From the NCBI GenBank assembly GCA_964492635.1, contig CAZBLQ010000005.1, positions 165 to 64,164 of the forward strand: DNA of 64,000 bases. Direction: 5' to 3'. This document shows, in pieces, positions 47,670 through 57,064 of this stretch. The position numbers and the translations under genes are program-made. This DNA comes from an uncultured Oleiharenicola sp. Lineage in GTDB: Bacteria; Verrucomicrobiota; Verrucomicrobiia; Opitutales; Opitutaceae. The notes under the pieces are model-generated. The model did no database searches. It saw nothing but the letters and a program-made list of their open reading frames with translations, and had not been told where the DNA came from. Positions within the stretch are counted from its first letter, which is position 1. Every line of letters begins with the position of its first letter.

Positions 47670-47864
47670 TCAGTCGCCGGCTTTGAAAATCTCCTCGATG
47701 GACTGCTTGAATAGCCGGGCGATCTTGAAGGCCAGCGGAAGGCTCGGGTCATATTTCTCGGTTTCGATGGCGTTGATGGTCTGGCGAGAAACGCAAAGTT
47801 TGTCCGCCAGATCGCCTTGGGACCACTGCTTGAGTGCCCGCAGTTCGCGCAGTTGGTTTTTCAT
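47670..47864 (-). CDS. Short XRE-family helix-turn-helix transcriptional regulator (64 aa).
   Basis: MKNQLRELRALKQWSQGDLADKLCVSRQTINAIETEKYDPSLPLAFKIARLF. Its ATG overlaps the stop of the upstream membrane-protein gene (ATGA). Confidence 0.88.
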   Translation of the reverse strand: MKNQLRELRALKQWSQGDLADKLCVSRQTINAIETEKYDPSLPLAFKIARLFKQSIEEIFKAGD

Positions 47865-48304
47865 TTGTAGCGGCCGTTGGCGATGGCCGTGCCCACCAGC
47901 CAGAGCACGAAGGTCAGGGCGAATGTTCCCACCAGACTGAATCCGTGATCCAATCGGCCCAATGGGACGCCATTGGCGTTCAGGGTGTTGACGATTGTTC
48001 CGAGAATCAGCGTCCCCATGGCGGCAAACAGCCAGGCTTCCATCTGAATACGTCTTTGCAACTCGTCCATGCCGCGGATGAAATGCAGGCAGTCCCGCAC
48101 ATAGAGCATACCCGGAATCAATGGAGTCAGAGTAAGCAGTGCCCGCCTGAGCGGACTCCATTCAGGGTGCCGTTTAATCAGAAGGTCAAAGACCAGGCAG
48201 GTAGCCGCCGCCACCATGAACCAGGCATTGAGTCGCAGATCCTTTTTCAGGGAATAGTGACCGGAGAGGGGCTGAACCGATTCGATCGTATTTGGTTTGT
48301 CCAT
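47861..48304 (-). CDS. Four-TM membrane protein, co-transcribed with the XRE regulator.
   Basis: Hydrophobic segments are AWFMVAAATCLVFDLLI, LLTLTPLIPGMLYV, AWLFAAMGTLILGTIV and FSLVGTFALTFVLWLVGTAI. Confidence 0.7.
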   Translation of the reverse strand: MDKPNTIESVQPLSGHYSLKKDLRLNAWFMVAAATCLVFDLLIKRHPEWSPLRRALLTLTPLIPGMLYVRDCLHFIRGMDELQRRIQMEAWLFAAMGTLILGTIVNTLNANGVPLGRLDHGFSLVGTFALTFVLWLVGTAIANGRYK

Positions 48305-48314
48305 GAACCGGACT

Positions 48315-48350
48315 GTAAAGCATACTTGTCATATGTCAAGCATGCTTTAC
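48315..48350. promoter_or_regulatory. 36-bp imperfect palindrome, candidate operator of the membrane-protein/XRE operon.
   Basis: GTAAAGCATACTTGTCA-TA-TGTCAAGCATGCTTTAC, with 15 of 17 arm positions complementary. It lies 11-46 nt upstream of the operon ATG (48304) in an AT-rich gap. Confidence 0.6.
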
Positions 48351-48417
48351 TATGTATTTCCAATTTGAGCCACAGTCGGTCAACTCAGGGCGACTGCACC
48401 CGGCCTGTTTTGCTGGA

Positions 48418-50670
48418 CTATTGTCCTTGGAGCACCACCAGCTTCGTTTCCCACGGGGCCAGTTCGAGCGGCAGGATCGTCTGGCCGCTGGCGAAAACGA
48501 CCGAGGGAATCGGGGCGATGGTGCCGGTGCGGGCATCCCAGCTTTCAGCTTTTCGGGCTGTGCCGTTGTTCGCGAGGGTCGCCTTGAGGCTGAGTGGTGC
48601 GTCACCCTCGTTGAAGAGATAGTAGACTTCGCCGTTCTTCAGATGACGGTGATTGTATTTCAGGGCGGACACTGGCTGATCCAACGCCACGTCAGGAGCC
48701 GGCAGGGTCGCGAGCACCTCGGCGGTGATTTCAGCCGATGGTTCCGTAACAGCCCAGCCCACCTCACCGGGTGCGGTGGCCGTGAGAAAATTCCTGTCCA
48801 TGACGAGACGCGGCGGGCCTCCCATAAAGATGACCTTGCCCCCGGCCTTGGCGAAGGCGCGAAGCCGGTCCAGCGCAGCTTGCGAGATGGCGACGGTCGG
48901 AGGCACCACGATGGCGCGATAACCCTGGCCGCTCACGTTGATCAGGGCGCCGCCCTTGACCTTGAGCGTTTTCGCCAATGCGCCGTCATCCACGAAATCG
49001 ATGTCACGCTGATGTTCGAGCAGTGAGTGCACGATGGCCAGAAAACTGGCGTTCGTCGCCGTGTCGCCGAACCAGAAGCTCGATGATGGAATGTAGACGC
49101 CGATCTGGGCGGCGGGGCGACCTTGGGCGAGGACATAGGTCGTACGGTTGATGGCGAGGGCGAGCTCGGGAAATTTCGGGTCTTCCAAATAGCGGTAACC
49201 GGCGGGGGCGGCGCCGCGCACGAGTGCGGCGGTCGGCTGAGCGGGATTGGCCGCGGGTGAGGCGCCGCCACCCGGCGGCCGGGTGCGCGGGGTCGAGGCG
49301 GGCATGAACATGTATTCAAAATGAGTGATCCCGAGCACGATCTGATGGTGAAGGATCCAGCCGACCTCCTCGAGATCCGGCGTGGGAAACCGGCCGGTCA
49401 TGGCGGCGAACGACTCGCTCATCGACAACGGCCGGCCGTTGAGGTGGGCGGAGGACGAGGCGAGCTTGGGAAAATCCGCCACCACGTCGTGCCAGATTTG
49501 GTGCCAGATGACGTCGATGCCCGGAATCTGGATGCCGCGCATGCATTTGAAGTAATCGCCGTTGGCGATCGCAAGTTGCGGCAGGATTTCCTCATGCTCG
49601 ATGTGCGTCTGCATCTCCAGGCCGTGGGCCGCGCACCAGACGGCTCCGCCTCCAAAGAAATTCCCGCCAAAAAGATCGGACCAGACGTCACAGTAGTCGG
49701 CATACACGCGGTGCGCCACGTCGAGACTGCCCGTCACGGGCGCGGCGTTGGCCCGGTCGTGGCCGATCTCGATCGCCGCCACGGCCGGCAGGTAGGGCCG
49801 GAGGTCATAGCCCTTGCGTTTTTGGAATTCCGTCGGGAAATCCGGCGTCCACGGATTGAAATTGTAGGAGGCTTCATCGCCCCGGAAACCGAGGAACGTC
49901 TTGCCGAACTCCGCGCCAACCGCCTTTTCGTATGCGTCAAACGTCCACTGGGCGAAAACCCGGTTCGCCTCGGGCGAGAGATAATCCATCAGCGAGTGCT
50001 CGTTGTCCTTGGCGCCCGATTTGTTGTTGGACGAGCGCGTGACACCGGAACGGAACTGCCAGCTCGCGATACCCACTGCCCAGCGGCCGGTGGCGGGGGC
50101 GGTCCAGTTGAGCTGGCCGGAAACGGGTGCGAGCAACTGCGTGGCGCCGGTGTCCAGGTTGACGGCGACGGCGCAGATGGTCTTTTCGTCCAGCTTCCGC
50201 GTGAAAACTTCGCCGGGCGCCACCGGGAATTGCTCCGGTTTGGCGAGCGCCTTCATGGCGAGATCCGGGCGCTGGGTGGAAATCTTGCCTCCGGCAAAAC
50301 CCGACGGGTAGCCACCGTCATCGTCGAACCACAGGTGCATGCCGCGTTTCTTCGCCTCCTCGACGCCGATTTTGACGTTCTCAAAATAGGCCGGCGACAG
50401 ATAGGGCGCTTCCGGGTTCCGTCCCGGCTCGACCCAGGCCTGCTGAATGTTCATCGCCTTCAGCTTGTCGAGGTCGCGGGCGAGGACCTCGCGCGTGATC
50501 ACTCCGCTCCAGCCCCAGGTCACCTGCGAGCTGTATTCCGACGGTGGGGAGGAAAATCTCCTGGCGAGATCAGCCACGGTCGGATTGGTGAGCGGGTGCT
50601 CCGCACGGACCTGTACCGCGAATCCGGCCAGAGACAGAAAAGACAGGATGACTTTACGGAGATGATTCAT
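48418..50670 (-). CDS. Secreted glycoside hydrolase, possibly alpha-L-rhamnosidase-like (GH106-like). Family assignment is tentative.
   Basis: Signal peptide MNHLRKVILSFLSLAGFAVQVRA. The N-terminal pattern FSSPPSEYSSQVTWGWSGVITREVLARDLDKLKAMNIQ resembles F-x-PP-x-EY..W.W.G of that hydrolase group. Length is 750 aa. Confidence 0.55.
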   Translation of the reverse strand: MNHLRKVILSFLSLAGFAVQVRAEHPLTNPTVADLARRFSSPPSEYSSQVTWGWSGVITREVLARDLDKLKAMNIQQAWVEPGRNPEAPYLSPAYFENVKIGVEEAKKRGMHLWFDDDGGYPSGFAGGKISTQRPDLAMKALAKPEQFPVAPGEVFTRKLDEKTICAVAVNLDTGATQLLAPVSGQLNWTAPATGRWAVGIASWQFRSGVTRSSNNKSGAKDNEHSLMDYLSPEANRVFAQWTFDAYEKAVGAEFGKTFLGFRGDEASYNFNPWTPDFPTEFQKRKGYDLRPYLPAVAAIEIGHDRANAAPVTGSLDVAHRVYADYCDVWSDLFGGNFFGGGAVWCAAHGLEMQTHIEHEEILPQLAIANGDYFKCMRGIQIPGIDVIWHQIWHDVVADFPKLASSSAHLNGRPLSMSESFAAMTGRFPTPDLEEVGWILHHQIVLGITHFEYMFMPASTPRTRPPGGGASPAANPAQPTAALVRGAAPAGYRYLEDPKFPELALAINRTTYVLAQGRPAAQIGVYIPSSSFWFGDTATNASFLAIVHSLLEHQRDIDFVDDGALAKTLKVKGGALINVSGQGYRAIVVPPTVAISQAALDRLRAFAKAGGKVIFMGGPPRLVMDRNFLTATAPGEVGWAVTEPSAEITAEVLATLPAPDVALDQPVSALKYNHRHLKNGEVYYLFNEGDAPLSLKATLANNGTARKAESWDARTGTIAPIPSVVFASGQTILPLELAPWETKLVVLQGQ

Positions 50671-50755
50671 GGGGAAGGGGTGTTGGAACTGGCAGCCGGA
50701 ACATCAAGAAAACGCCGTTTCCGCCCGGCATGCTAGCTGTTGCTGCGCTGACAGT

Positions 50756-51676
50756 ATGAGTGTCGGTGCAATACACAGTGGCGCCAGAGCCAAGCCGCAT
50801 TATACTGGCCTGACAATGTCGGGACCCGATGCCACAGCGGACAACGCGAGCCTGGATGAGTACGTTCCCGGCGATCTCACCGAGGCCGGACAGTATCGCA
50901 CGACGAAGGAAGGATTCGATCACAGCCTGGTTGTCCTCGCGCTGGGGGATGTCTGCTGGCTGATGCCATCCGAAGCCGGCTACCGGCTGCTCGTCGAGCC
51001 GTCGGCCGCGACGCGGGTACGGGAGGAGCTGGCGAACTACGATCGCGAGAGCATTGGTTGGCCGCCGCGTTTCGCGCCGGAAAAGCAGGCTAGGTCGCGG
51101 CTGGACCTGGGGACGCCGCTGTTTTGGGCGCTCGCGGCGCTGGCGGTGTTTCGCGGTCAATTGCGTCACCCGGAGTGGACCGACGCCGGCGCGCTCGATT
51201 CCGTGGCGATGTTCGATCGTGGCGAATGGTGGCGGGCGTTGACCGCGCTCTTTCTGCACGTGGATGCGGCGCATCTCGTGTCGAACTTGTTCGCCGGCAT
51301 ATTCGTCTTTGCTGCGGTGGTGACGCTCTTTGGCCGTGCGCGGGGCTGGATGCTCCTTGGACTCGCGGCCGTGGCCGGCAATCTGGCCGTCGCGGCGGTG
51401 TATTATCCCGGCCCCTACACCTCGGTGGGAGCATCGACCGCGGTCTTTGGCGCGCTCGGACTTTTGACAGGCCGGGCCGTGCGCCTGGCCACCAAGGCGG
51501 GATACCCGCATCGCTGGCGTTCGTTTTTCGTGCCGGCTGCGGCGGGCCTGATCGTGCTCGGGCTTTATGGAGCGGGCGGACCGCAGGTTGATGTGCTCGC
51601 TCACGTCACTGGATTTCTAGCTGGCGCCGTGTTGGGCGTCATAGCGGGTCGGCCGGCATCCGCCACGTCGCCCTAA
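50756..51676 (+). CDS. Rhomboid family intramembrane serine protease with a cytoplasmic N-terminal domain.
   Basis: LFLHVDAAHLVSNL, the catalytic Ser in VGASTAVFGALG and the catalytic His in AHVTGFLAG. Confidence 0.85.
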   Translation: MSVGAIHSGARAKPHYTGLTMSGPDATADNASLDEYVPGDLTEAGQYRTTKEGFDHSLVVLALGDVCWLMPSEAGYRLLVEPSAATRVREELANYDRESIGWPPRFAPEKQARSRLDLGTPLFWALAALAVFRGQLRHPEWTDAGALDSVAMFDRGEWWRALTALFLHVDAAHLVSNLFAGIFVFAAVVTLFGRARGWMLLGLAAVAGNLAVAAVYYPGPYTSVGASTAVFGALGLLTGRAVRLATKAGYPHRWRSFFVPAAAGLIVLGLYGAGGPQVDVLAHVTGFLAGAVLGVIAGRPASATSP

Positions 51677-51762
51677 AGAAACTTTTGCTTGGCTCTTTGT
51701 TTCCGGCTTGCTCCCGACGGGCCTTGTCAAAATTCGCGATCTCGGGTCCAGTGGCGGATGCC

Positions 51763-52509
51763 ATGAGCGCTGTCTTTTCGCCGGAAGAAGAAATCCTGTT
51801 CAACAAGACCGGGGAAACGGTGCTGCAACGGTTGCGGAAGACGCGCAATCCCGCCGATTTTCTCTCCGTCCTCCGCGTGGCGCACAAGGGTTTCGACCGC
51901 GCCTACGCGTCGGCCCCCGGAGCGGCCCGCAATGTGGTTGCCTGCCGGGCCGGTTGCGACGCCTGCTGCCACGTGCCGGTGGGCGTGCAGGCCCACGAGG
52001 TGCTCCTCGCGGCGGAATACATTCAGACCCATTTCACCCCCGCGGACCTTGAAGGCGCGATCACGCGCACTGCGGCGCATCGCGATGCGTTCGCCGGGCG
52101 TTCCAGCCTTGCCCAGGCCGCGCTGAACCGGCCATGCGCGATACTACGCGACGGCAGTTGCACCATCTACGAAGCGAGGCCCGAGGCCTGCCGCGCACAC
52201 CACAGTCCCAACGCCGACGCCTGCCGCGCCAATCTCAATCCCGCAAACGCGCAGGTGGATGTCTCGATTCCCGGCCTGCGCAGCCGGATGTTTGCCGTCA
52301 TGCTGGCCATTGATCAGGCCGTGGCGGAAGCGGGGTTTGACGGCCAGGCCTATGATTTTGGTTCGGCCCTGCATGACGCGCTCACCGACAGCCTGTGCGC
52401 CGTGCGCTGGCTGCAACGCCAGCCCGCCTTTTCCGCTGCCAGTCACGAGGCCTCGATAAGCGACGATCCCGAATCCGGCGTGATGCGTGCCGAAGGCTAT
52501 TTTCAATGA
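51763..52509 (+). CDS. YkgJ-family (UPF0153) cysteine-cluster protein.
   Basis: CRAGCDACCH, followed by the later CAILRDGSCTIYEARPEACR. Confidence 0.7.
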   Translation: MSAVFSPEEEILFNKTGETVLQRLRKTRNPADFLSVLRVAHKGFDRAYASAPGAARNVVACRAGCDACCHVPVGVQAHEVLLAAEYIQTHFTPADLEGAITRTAAHRDAFAGRSSLAQAALNRPCAILRDGSCTIYEARPEACRAHHSPNADACRANLNPANAQVDVSIPGLRSRMFAVMLAIDQAVAEAGFDGQAYDFGSALHDALTDSLCAVRWLQRQPAFSAASHEASISDDPESGVMRAEGYFQ

Positions 52510-52603
52510 GGTTGCAAATTGGCAGACCGTGCGGCCGAGTCGCCTGACTCCCGACCCGTTCGGGTTTCCCTTTTTCACCGGCTTCTGCATCGTCCGATTA
52601 CCT

Positions 52604-53365
52604 ATGAGACTACTTCGCCTGTCCGCCCTGCTTCTGTGCGCCGCACCGCAGCTGCTCCCTGCGCAAACGCCCCAAGTGCCGGATTGGGCGCTGCCGGGCT
52701 CCGCCACGCACCAGCAGGTGCCGCCCCCGGCAGGCTTTCACCGGCCCACGGTGAGTTTCGCTGTACCACTCGGTATCTTTCAGGGCCAGTCCGACATCGG
52801 CGGCCCATTGCTGCCGGGCAGCGCCAGTTACGATGCCGGCTCGAAACAATTCACCATCAACTCCGCCAGCTACAACATCTGGTATTTCCGCGACGAGTTC
52901 CGCTATCTCTGGAAAAAGGTGTCCGGCGATGTTTCCCTCGCGGCCGACATCACCTACCCGAACCCGAAGGGATACGATGACCGCAAGGCGGTCCTCGTCA
53001 TCCGCCAGGATCTCGACGACAATTCCAAGGAAGTCATGACCGCCTTGCACGGCGCCGGACTGATCCATCTGGCACTGCGACCGGAGAAGGGGGCCGACAT
53101 CAAGGAAGCCTGCCGGGTCAAGGGCGAGCCCAGTCACACGGGCGAGCCGCCCATCCGCCTTGGCATCGAGAAGCACGGCGACACCTTTGCGCTTTTTGTC
53201 AGCCTGAAAGGCGAACCCATGCACCAGGTTGGGGCGACCGCAGATCTGCATCTCGACGGGCCCTTCTATGTCGGCATCGGCTTCTGTTCGCACCTGCCGG
53301 CCACGTCCGACACGACCGTGCTCGCCAACGTCCTGCTCGAGAACTCCGCCGGCAAGGTCCGCTAG
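52604..53365 (+). CDS. Secreted conserved protein of unknown function (concanavalin/LamG-like beta-sandwich suspected).
   Basis: Signal peptide MRLLRLSALLLCAAPQLLPAQT. The pattern NIWYFRDEFRYLWKKVSGDVSLAADI..RKAVLVIRQDLDDNS..HGAGLIHLALR..GPFYVGIGFCSH recalls a family common in Acidobacteria and Verrucomicrobia. This is from memory, not searched. Confidence 0.6.
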   Translation: MRLLRLSALLLCAAPQLLPAQTPQVPDWALPGSATHQQVPPPAGFHRPTVSFAVPLGIFQGQSDIGGPLLPGSASYDAGSKQFTINSASYNIWYFRDEFRYLWKKVSGDVSLAADITYPNPKGYDDRKAVLVIRQDLDDNSKEVMTALHGAGLIHLALRPEKGADIKEACRVKGEPSHTGEPPIRLGIEKHGDTFALFVSLKGEPMHQVGATADLHLDGPFYVGIGFCSHLPATSDTTVLANVLLENSAGKVR

Positions 53366-53458
53366 AGCGGGTAGCCTGCAGCCTGGGTCAACCATCCGCC
53401 ACGTCAGAAGAAAATAAGTTTCCGCCCTAGAGCTTCGCAAGCTGCCAAAGATCGCCTG

Positions 53459-54163
53459 ATGTGCACCCGCTACACGTTACAACTGGCCGAAGCCGCGCTG
53501 GCAGCGATTGCCAAGGCCCTCGCTAGAAAGCTTGTCCTCGCAGAAGCCGCGAAATCGAGGTATAACATCACTTTGACTCAGGTGGTGCCGGCTGTCGTGG
53601 AACGTGCCGCTGGACCGGAAGTGATACAAATGATGTGGGGCTTGGTGCCGTTCTATGAGCGTGGCAAAGCCCGGAAACGGATGCTGCCTAATGCGAAATC
53701 TGAAACAGCCGCCAGCGGTACCACGTTCAAGGAATCTGTGGCCAAGCGCCGGTGCCTGGTGCCGGCCAACGGGTTTTATGAATGGCTGGAAGTCGGGAAG
53801 GTCAAATATCCGCACCTTTTCACTCTGAGGAATGAGGAGCCATTCGCATTCGCTGGCATTTGGGAAACAGGGGTAGATGACACGCTGCCACCTTGCTTTG
53901 CGATTCTGACCACTGAACCCAACGGGCTGGTCGCCCCGATTCACAATCGGATGCCGGTCATTCTCACGCACGAGACCATGGCGCGCTGGATCGGCAGCGA
54001 GCCTCTGCCCGAACCGGAATATCGCGAGCTGACCAGGCCCTTGGCGGCGGAGAAAATGCAAGAACGCCCCGTCAACCGGTTCGTCAGCAATGCCCGGAAC
54101 GAAGGGCCAAAGTGCATTGCGCCACCAGACCCGGAACCCGTGGAGCCGGATTTGTTCGGGTAG
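53459..54163 (+). CDS. SOS response-associated peptidase (SRAP/YedK family), an abasic-site DNA-protein crosslinking protein.
   Basis: N-terminal MCTRYTL (Cys2 nucleophile), NGFYEW and PIHNRMPVIL. Confidence 0.9.
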   Translation: MCTRYTLQLAEAALAAIAKALARKLVLAEAAKSRYNITLTQVVPAVVERAAGPEVIQMMWGLVPFYERGKARKRMLPNAKSETAASGTTFKESVAKRRCLVPANGFYEWLEVGKVKYPHLFTLRNEEPFAFAGIWETGVDDTLPPCFAILTTEPNGLVAPIHNRMPVILTHETMARWIGSEPLPEPEYRELTRPLAAEKMQERPVNRFVSNARNEGPKCIAPPDPEPVEPDLFG

Positions 54164-54305
54164 ACTCCCGTTGCATCCGCCGCGATCGCAGAGGGAAATA
54201 TTCCCGCGGCAAAATATTAATCAAGCAAGCCGTTCGCGGTGGGCAAGAAACAGAGACAGCCATTTAGGTCTTTGACCGTTGGGCCGGGCAGACAAAGAAG
54301 CAATC

Positions 54306-55616
54306 ATGCCGCTTCGGGTACTGGCTGTTGATTTCAACTCTTTTTTCGCCTCATGCGAACAGCAGGAGCGGCCGGAATTAAGGGAGAAACCTGTCGGGAT
54401 TGTTCCGGTGTTGGCTGACACGACTTGCTGCATAGCGGCCAGCTACGCAGCCAAGGCCAAAGGCGTGAAGGTGGGGACGGGCATTGCTGAGGCTCGCGCC
54501 TTGTGTCCGGAAATCCAACTGATCGAACAACGGCCCGCCCTCTATATCGACTATCATCACAGGCTGATCGATGTTATTGAATCCTGCATTCATGTCACGG
54601 AAAAGCGGTCCATTGATGAGGTGGAGTGCGAGCTTACCGCCTCCTTTGCGCCGCGGGAGCGTGCTCTGGCGATTGCGCGGCAGATCAAGGAAAGGGTCGC
54701 CCGGCGGATTGGATCGTGCCTGACCAGTTCTATCGGCATCGCTCCAAACTGGTTGCTGGCGAAAATTGCGACCGACATGCAGAAACCGGATGGCCTGGTT
54801 GTCCTGGAGGATGAGGATATACCGCAAAAGCTGCTCCGGCTGGAAATCACCGATTTCAGCGGCATCGGACCGAGCATGGGCGCACGGCTTCGGACTCACG
54901 GCATCGACTCTGTCGCCAAACTCTACGCCGTGAGCAAATCACAAATGCGCGGGATTTGGGGCAGCGTGGACGGGGAGCGGATGCACGCCCGGTTGCATGG
55001 CGAAAACGTGCCGTCACCACGCGAAAAATACCAGACGGTCGGACACTCCCACGTCCTGCCGCCCTTCTTGCGAACCGAGGCCAAGTCACTTGCCGTGCTG
55101 CACCGGCTGCTGCAGAAGGCTGCGATGCGGCTGAGAGATATTGGCCACTATGCCGGTGGCTTGATTGTTCACGTCAGCTATTTCAATGACCTGAGCTGGA
55201 GTGATGAGCTGCGTTTTAACGATACGCAGGACACGGTAAAGCTCACCCAGGCACTGAATCAACTTTGGGCACAGCGGCCTGCCGGATGCCGTAGGCGGAC
55301 GCCGGCGAGGGTAGGCCTCGTTCTGACACGATTGCTGTCGATGGGTGGGCACACTCCCGACTTGTTCTTTCACGATCAGGAAGAGGCTCGGGAACGCTTG
55401 CATCATGCCGTGGACACGCTCAACCAGACTTTTGGCAACGGGACGGTGTATTTTGGCGGCGCGCACGGCGTGACAGAAAACGCCCCGATGCGAATTTCCT
55501 TCACCCAGATACCGAAGCCCGAGATTGAGGAGATCGACCAGTCACGAAATGGGCGTTTGCGGCCCTTGAAACCTGCCGACTGGCCGGCTGCCTCTGATCA
55601 GGATGCGAGCGGCTGA
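54306..55616 (+). CDS. Y-family DNA polymerase, UmuC-like.
   Basis: LAVDFNSFFASCEQ (compare UmuC D-V-N-A-F-Y-A-S-C-E), the catalytic pair in KRSIDEVECEL and the little-finger-length C-terminus. The start is ATG 54306. Confidence 0.87.
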   Translation: MPLRVLAVDFNSFFASCEQQERPELREKPVGIVPVLADTTCCIAASYAAKAKGVKVGTGIAEARALCPEIQLIEQRPALYIDYHHRLIDVIESCIHVTEKRSIDEVECELTASFAPRERALAIARQIKERVARRIGSCLTSSIGIAPNWLLAKIATDMQKPDGLVVLEDEDIPQKLLRLEITDFSGIGPSMGARLRTHGIDSVAKLYAVSKSQMRGIWGSVDGERMHARLHGENVPSPREKYQTVGHSHVLPPFLRTEAKSLAVLHRLLQKAAMRLRDIGHYAGGLIVHVSYFNDLSWSDELRFNDTQDTVKLTQALNQLWAQRPAGCRRRTPARVGLVLTRLLSMGGHTPDLFFHDQEEARERLHHAVDTLNQTFGNGTVYFGGAHGVTENAPMRISFTQIPKPEIEEIDQSRNGRLRPLKPADWPAASDQDASG

Positions 55617-55653
55617 GCACATTGTGACCCGGTACGGAGCAATGTCGGATGAC

Positions 55654-56817
55654 TCAGTTTCCAGCCTGCGCGGTGTAGCCCCGCCACACCCATTCCAGCG
55701 CCTCCGGGAGGGTTTGCGCCCTGACCTTGCCGTCACCATGGCCGGAGTTGAGGCAAAAGACGTATTGATAATGATAGCCCTTGGCCTTCAGCACCGTGGC
55801 CATGCGGTTGTTGGCCTCGACCCAGTCGTGCATGCCGTCGCGCAGTGAATTCGGATTGAGCAGATCGCGATCACCGACCTGCAGCCACAGACGGATGGGC
55901 TTCGGCGGGCTCTGCGGAATGAGGTGCTCGTGATATTCCCAACCGCCGTGCGGTGTCACAGGATCGAAGGGTGACGCCTGGTTCACATACGTGCCCGAAT
56001 ATGTGATCACGCGGTGATAGAGTTCCGGGTGATACCATGCCATGCTGAACGCCGCCACGCCGCCCGAACTGATGCCCATTGCGGCGCGCGCCTCGGGATC
56101 TTTGGAGATGATAACGCCATAGTTTTTCTCCACGAGTGGAAACACCTCGGTCTCGACAAAGTCCGCGTAACGGCCGGACATCGTGTCGTACTCCAGACCA
56201 CGCTCGCTGCCCTGAGCATCGCCGCCGCCGTTCTGGATCATCACGGCAACCATGGCCGGAACGCGATGCTGCGCGATCAGGTTGTCGAGCACCGGTGGCA
56301 GATTTTTATCCGGTCCGTCCTGCACCACAATGACCGGCGCGGGAGTGCCGGCGACATAGCCGGCGGGGATATAAACCGTCACGGTGCGCGTGTACGGCTT
56401 CAAGTAAATCTGCACCCGGGTCAGATCAGGCGGCCTGTAGTCCGCCGGACCGCCCGGAGGAACCTTGGTTATGCCGGGATAGATTTTGCTGTCCGAGGAA
56501 TTCATGGTGAAGGTCACGACCTTTCCCTTCCCCACGCCTTCAACTGGTGTCAGTTCCGGCGCGGGAAGGTAGTCCGGCCCGATGAGAAAATCCCCCTCGG
56601 TATCGACTGGCGGATTCACTCCCGGTGCGCCCCGCAGCACGTCCGTGTCGCCTGATTTCAGGCCCACCGGCGTCAACGCCGGCGTGCCCGGGGCGGTCGG
56701 CGAGCGCGTGGGCGGTGAGGCGGGCGCCGGGTCAGCCCCGCGGCTGGTGGCGGGCAGGGAGAGTGAGAGCAAGCAAACAAGGGACAGGAAGACATCGAGC
56801 GTGGATTTGGTTTTCAT
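55654..56817 (-). CDS. Secreted esterase (enterochelin-esterase-like / CE1-type alpha/beta hydrolase) with an N-terminal Ig-like domain.
   Basis: Signal peptide MKTKSTLDVFLSLVCLLSLSLPATS. Nucleophile AAMGISSGGVAAF, and His in NSGHGD. Confidence 0.8.
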   Translation of the reverse strand: MKTKSTLDVFLSLVCLLSLSLPATSRGADPAPASPPTRSPTAPGTPALTPVGLKSGDTDVLRGAPGVNPPVDTEGDFLIGPDYLPAPELTPVEGVGKGKVVTFTMNSSDSKIYPGITKVPPGGPADYRPPDLTRVQIYLKPYTRTVTVYIPAGYVAGTPAPVIVVQDGPDKNLPPVLDNLIAQHRVPAMVAVMIQNGGGDAQGSERGLEYDTMSGRYADFVETEVFPLVEKNYGVIISKDPEARAAMGISSGGVAAFSMAWYHPELYHRVITYSGTYVNQASPFDPVTPHGGWEYHEHLIPQSPPKPIRLWLQVGDRDLLNPNSLRDGMHDWVEANNRMATVLKAKGYHYQYVFCLNSGHGDGKVRAQTLPEALEWVWRGYTAQAGN

Positions 56818-57064
56818 GCGGGGATATTGGCGAAGGGTGGGAATTCGGCGGAAAGCTGAGAGTACTTTGGGCATAAATTCGCACCGTGTCCGCTCAAAAG
56901 CATTGGCGACGGTGTTTTGCCGGTCTCGCCGAATGTAGTCGCATCCCCAGTCCGACCCTGTCCGATTTGCCCGTTCGGGAGTAGTCCTTGGCATTGACTG
57001 ATTCCATGGATTTTTTGCTCAAGCCAAGGCTGAGCCAACCACTTTGCCTCTGTCGATTTCCTCC

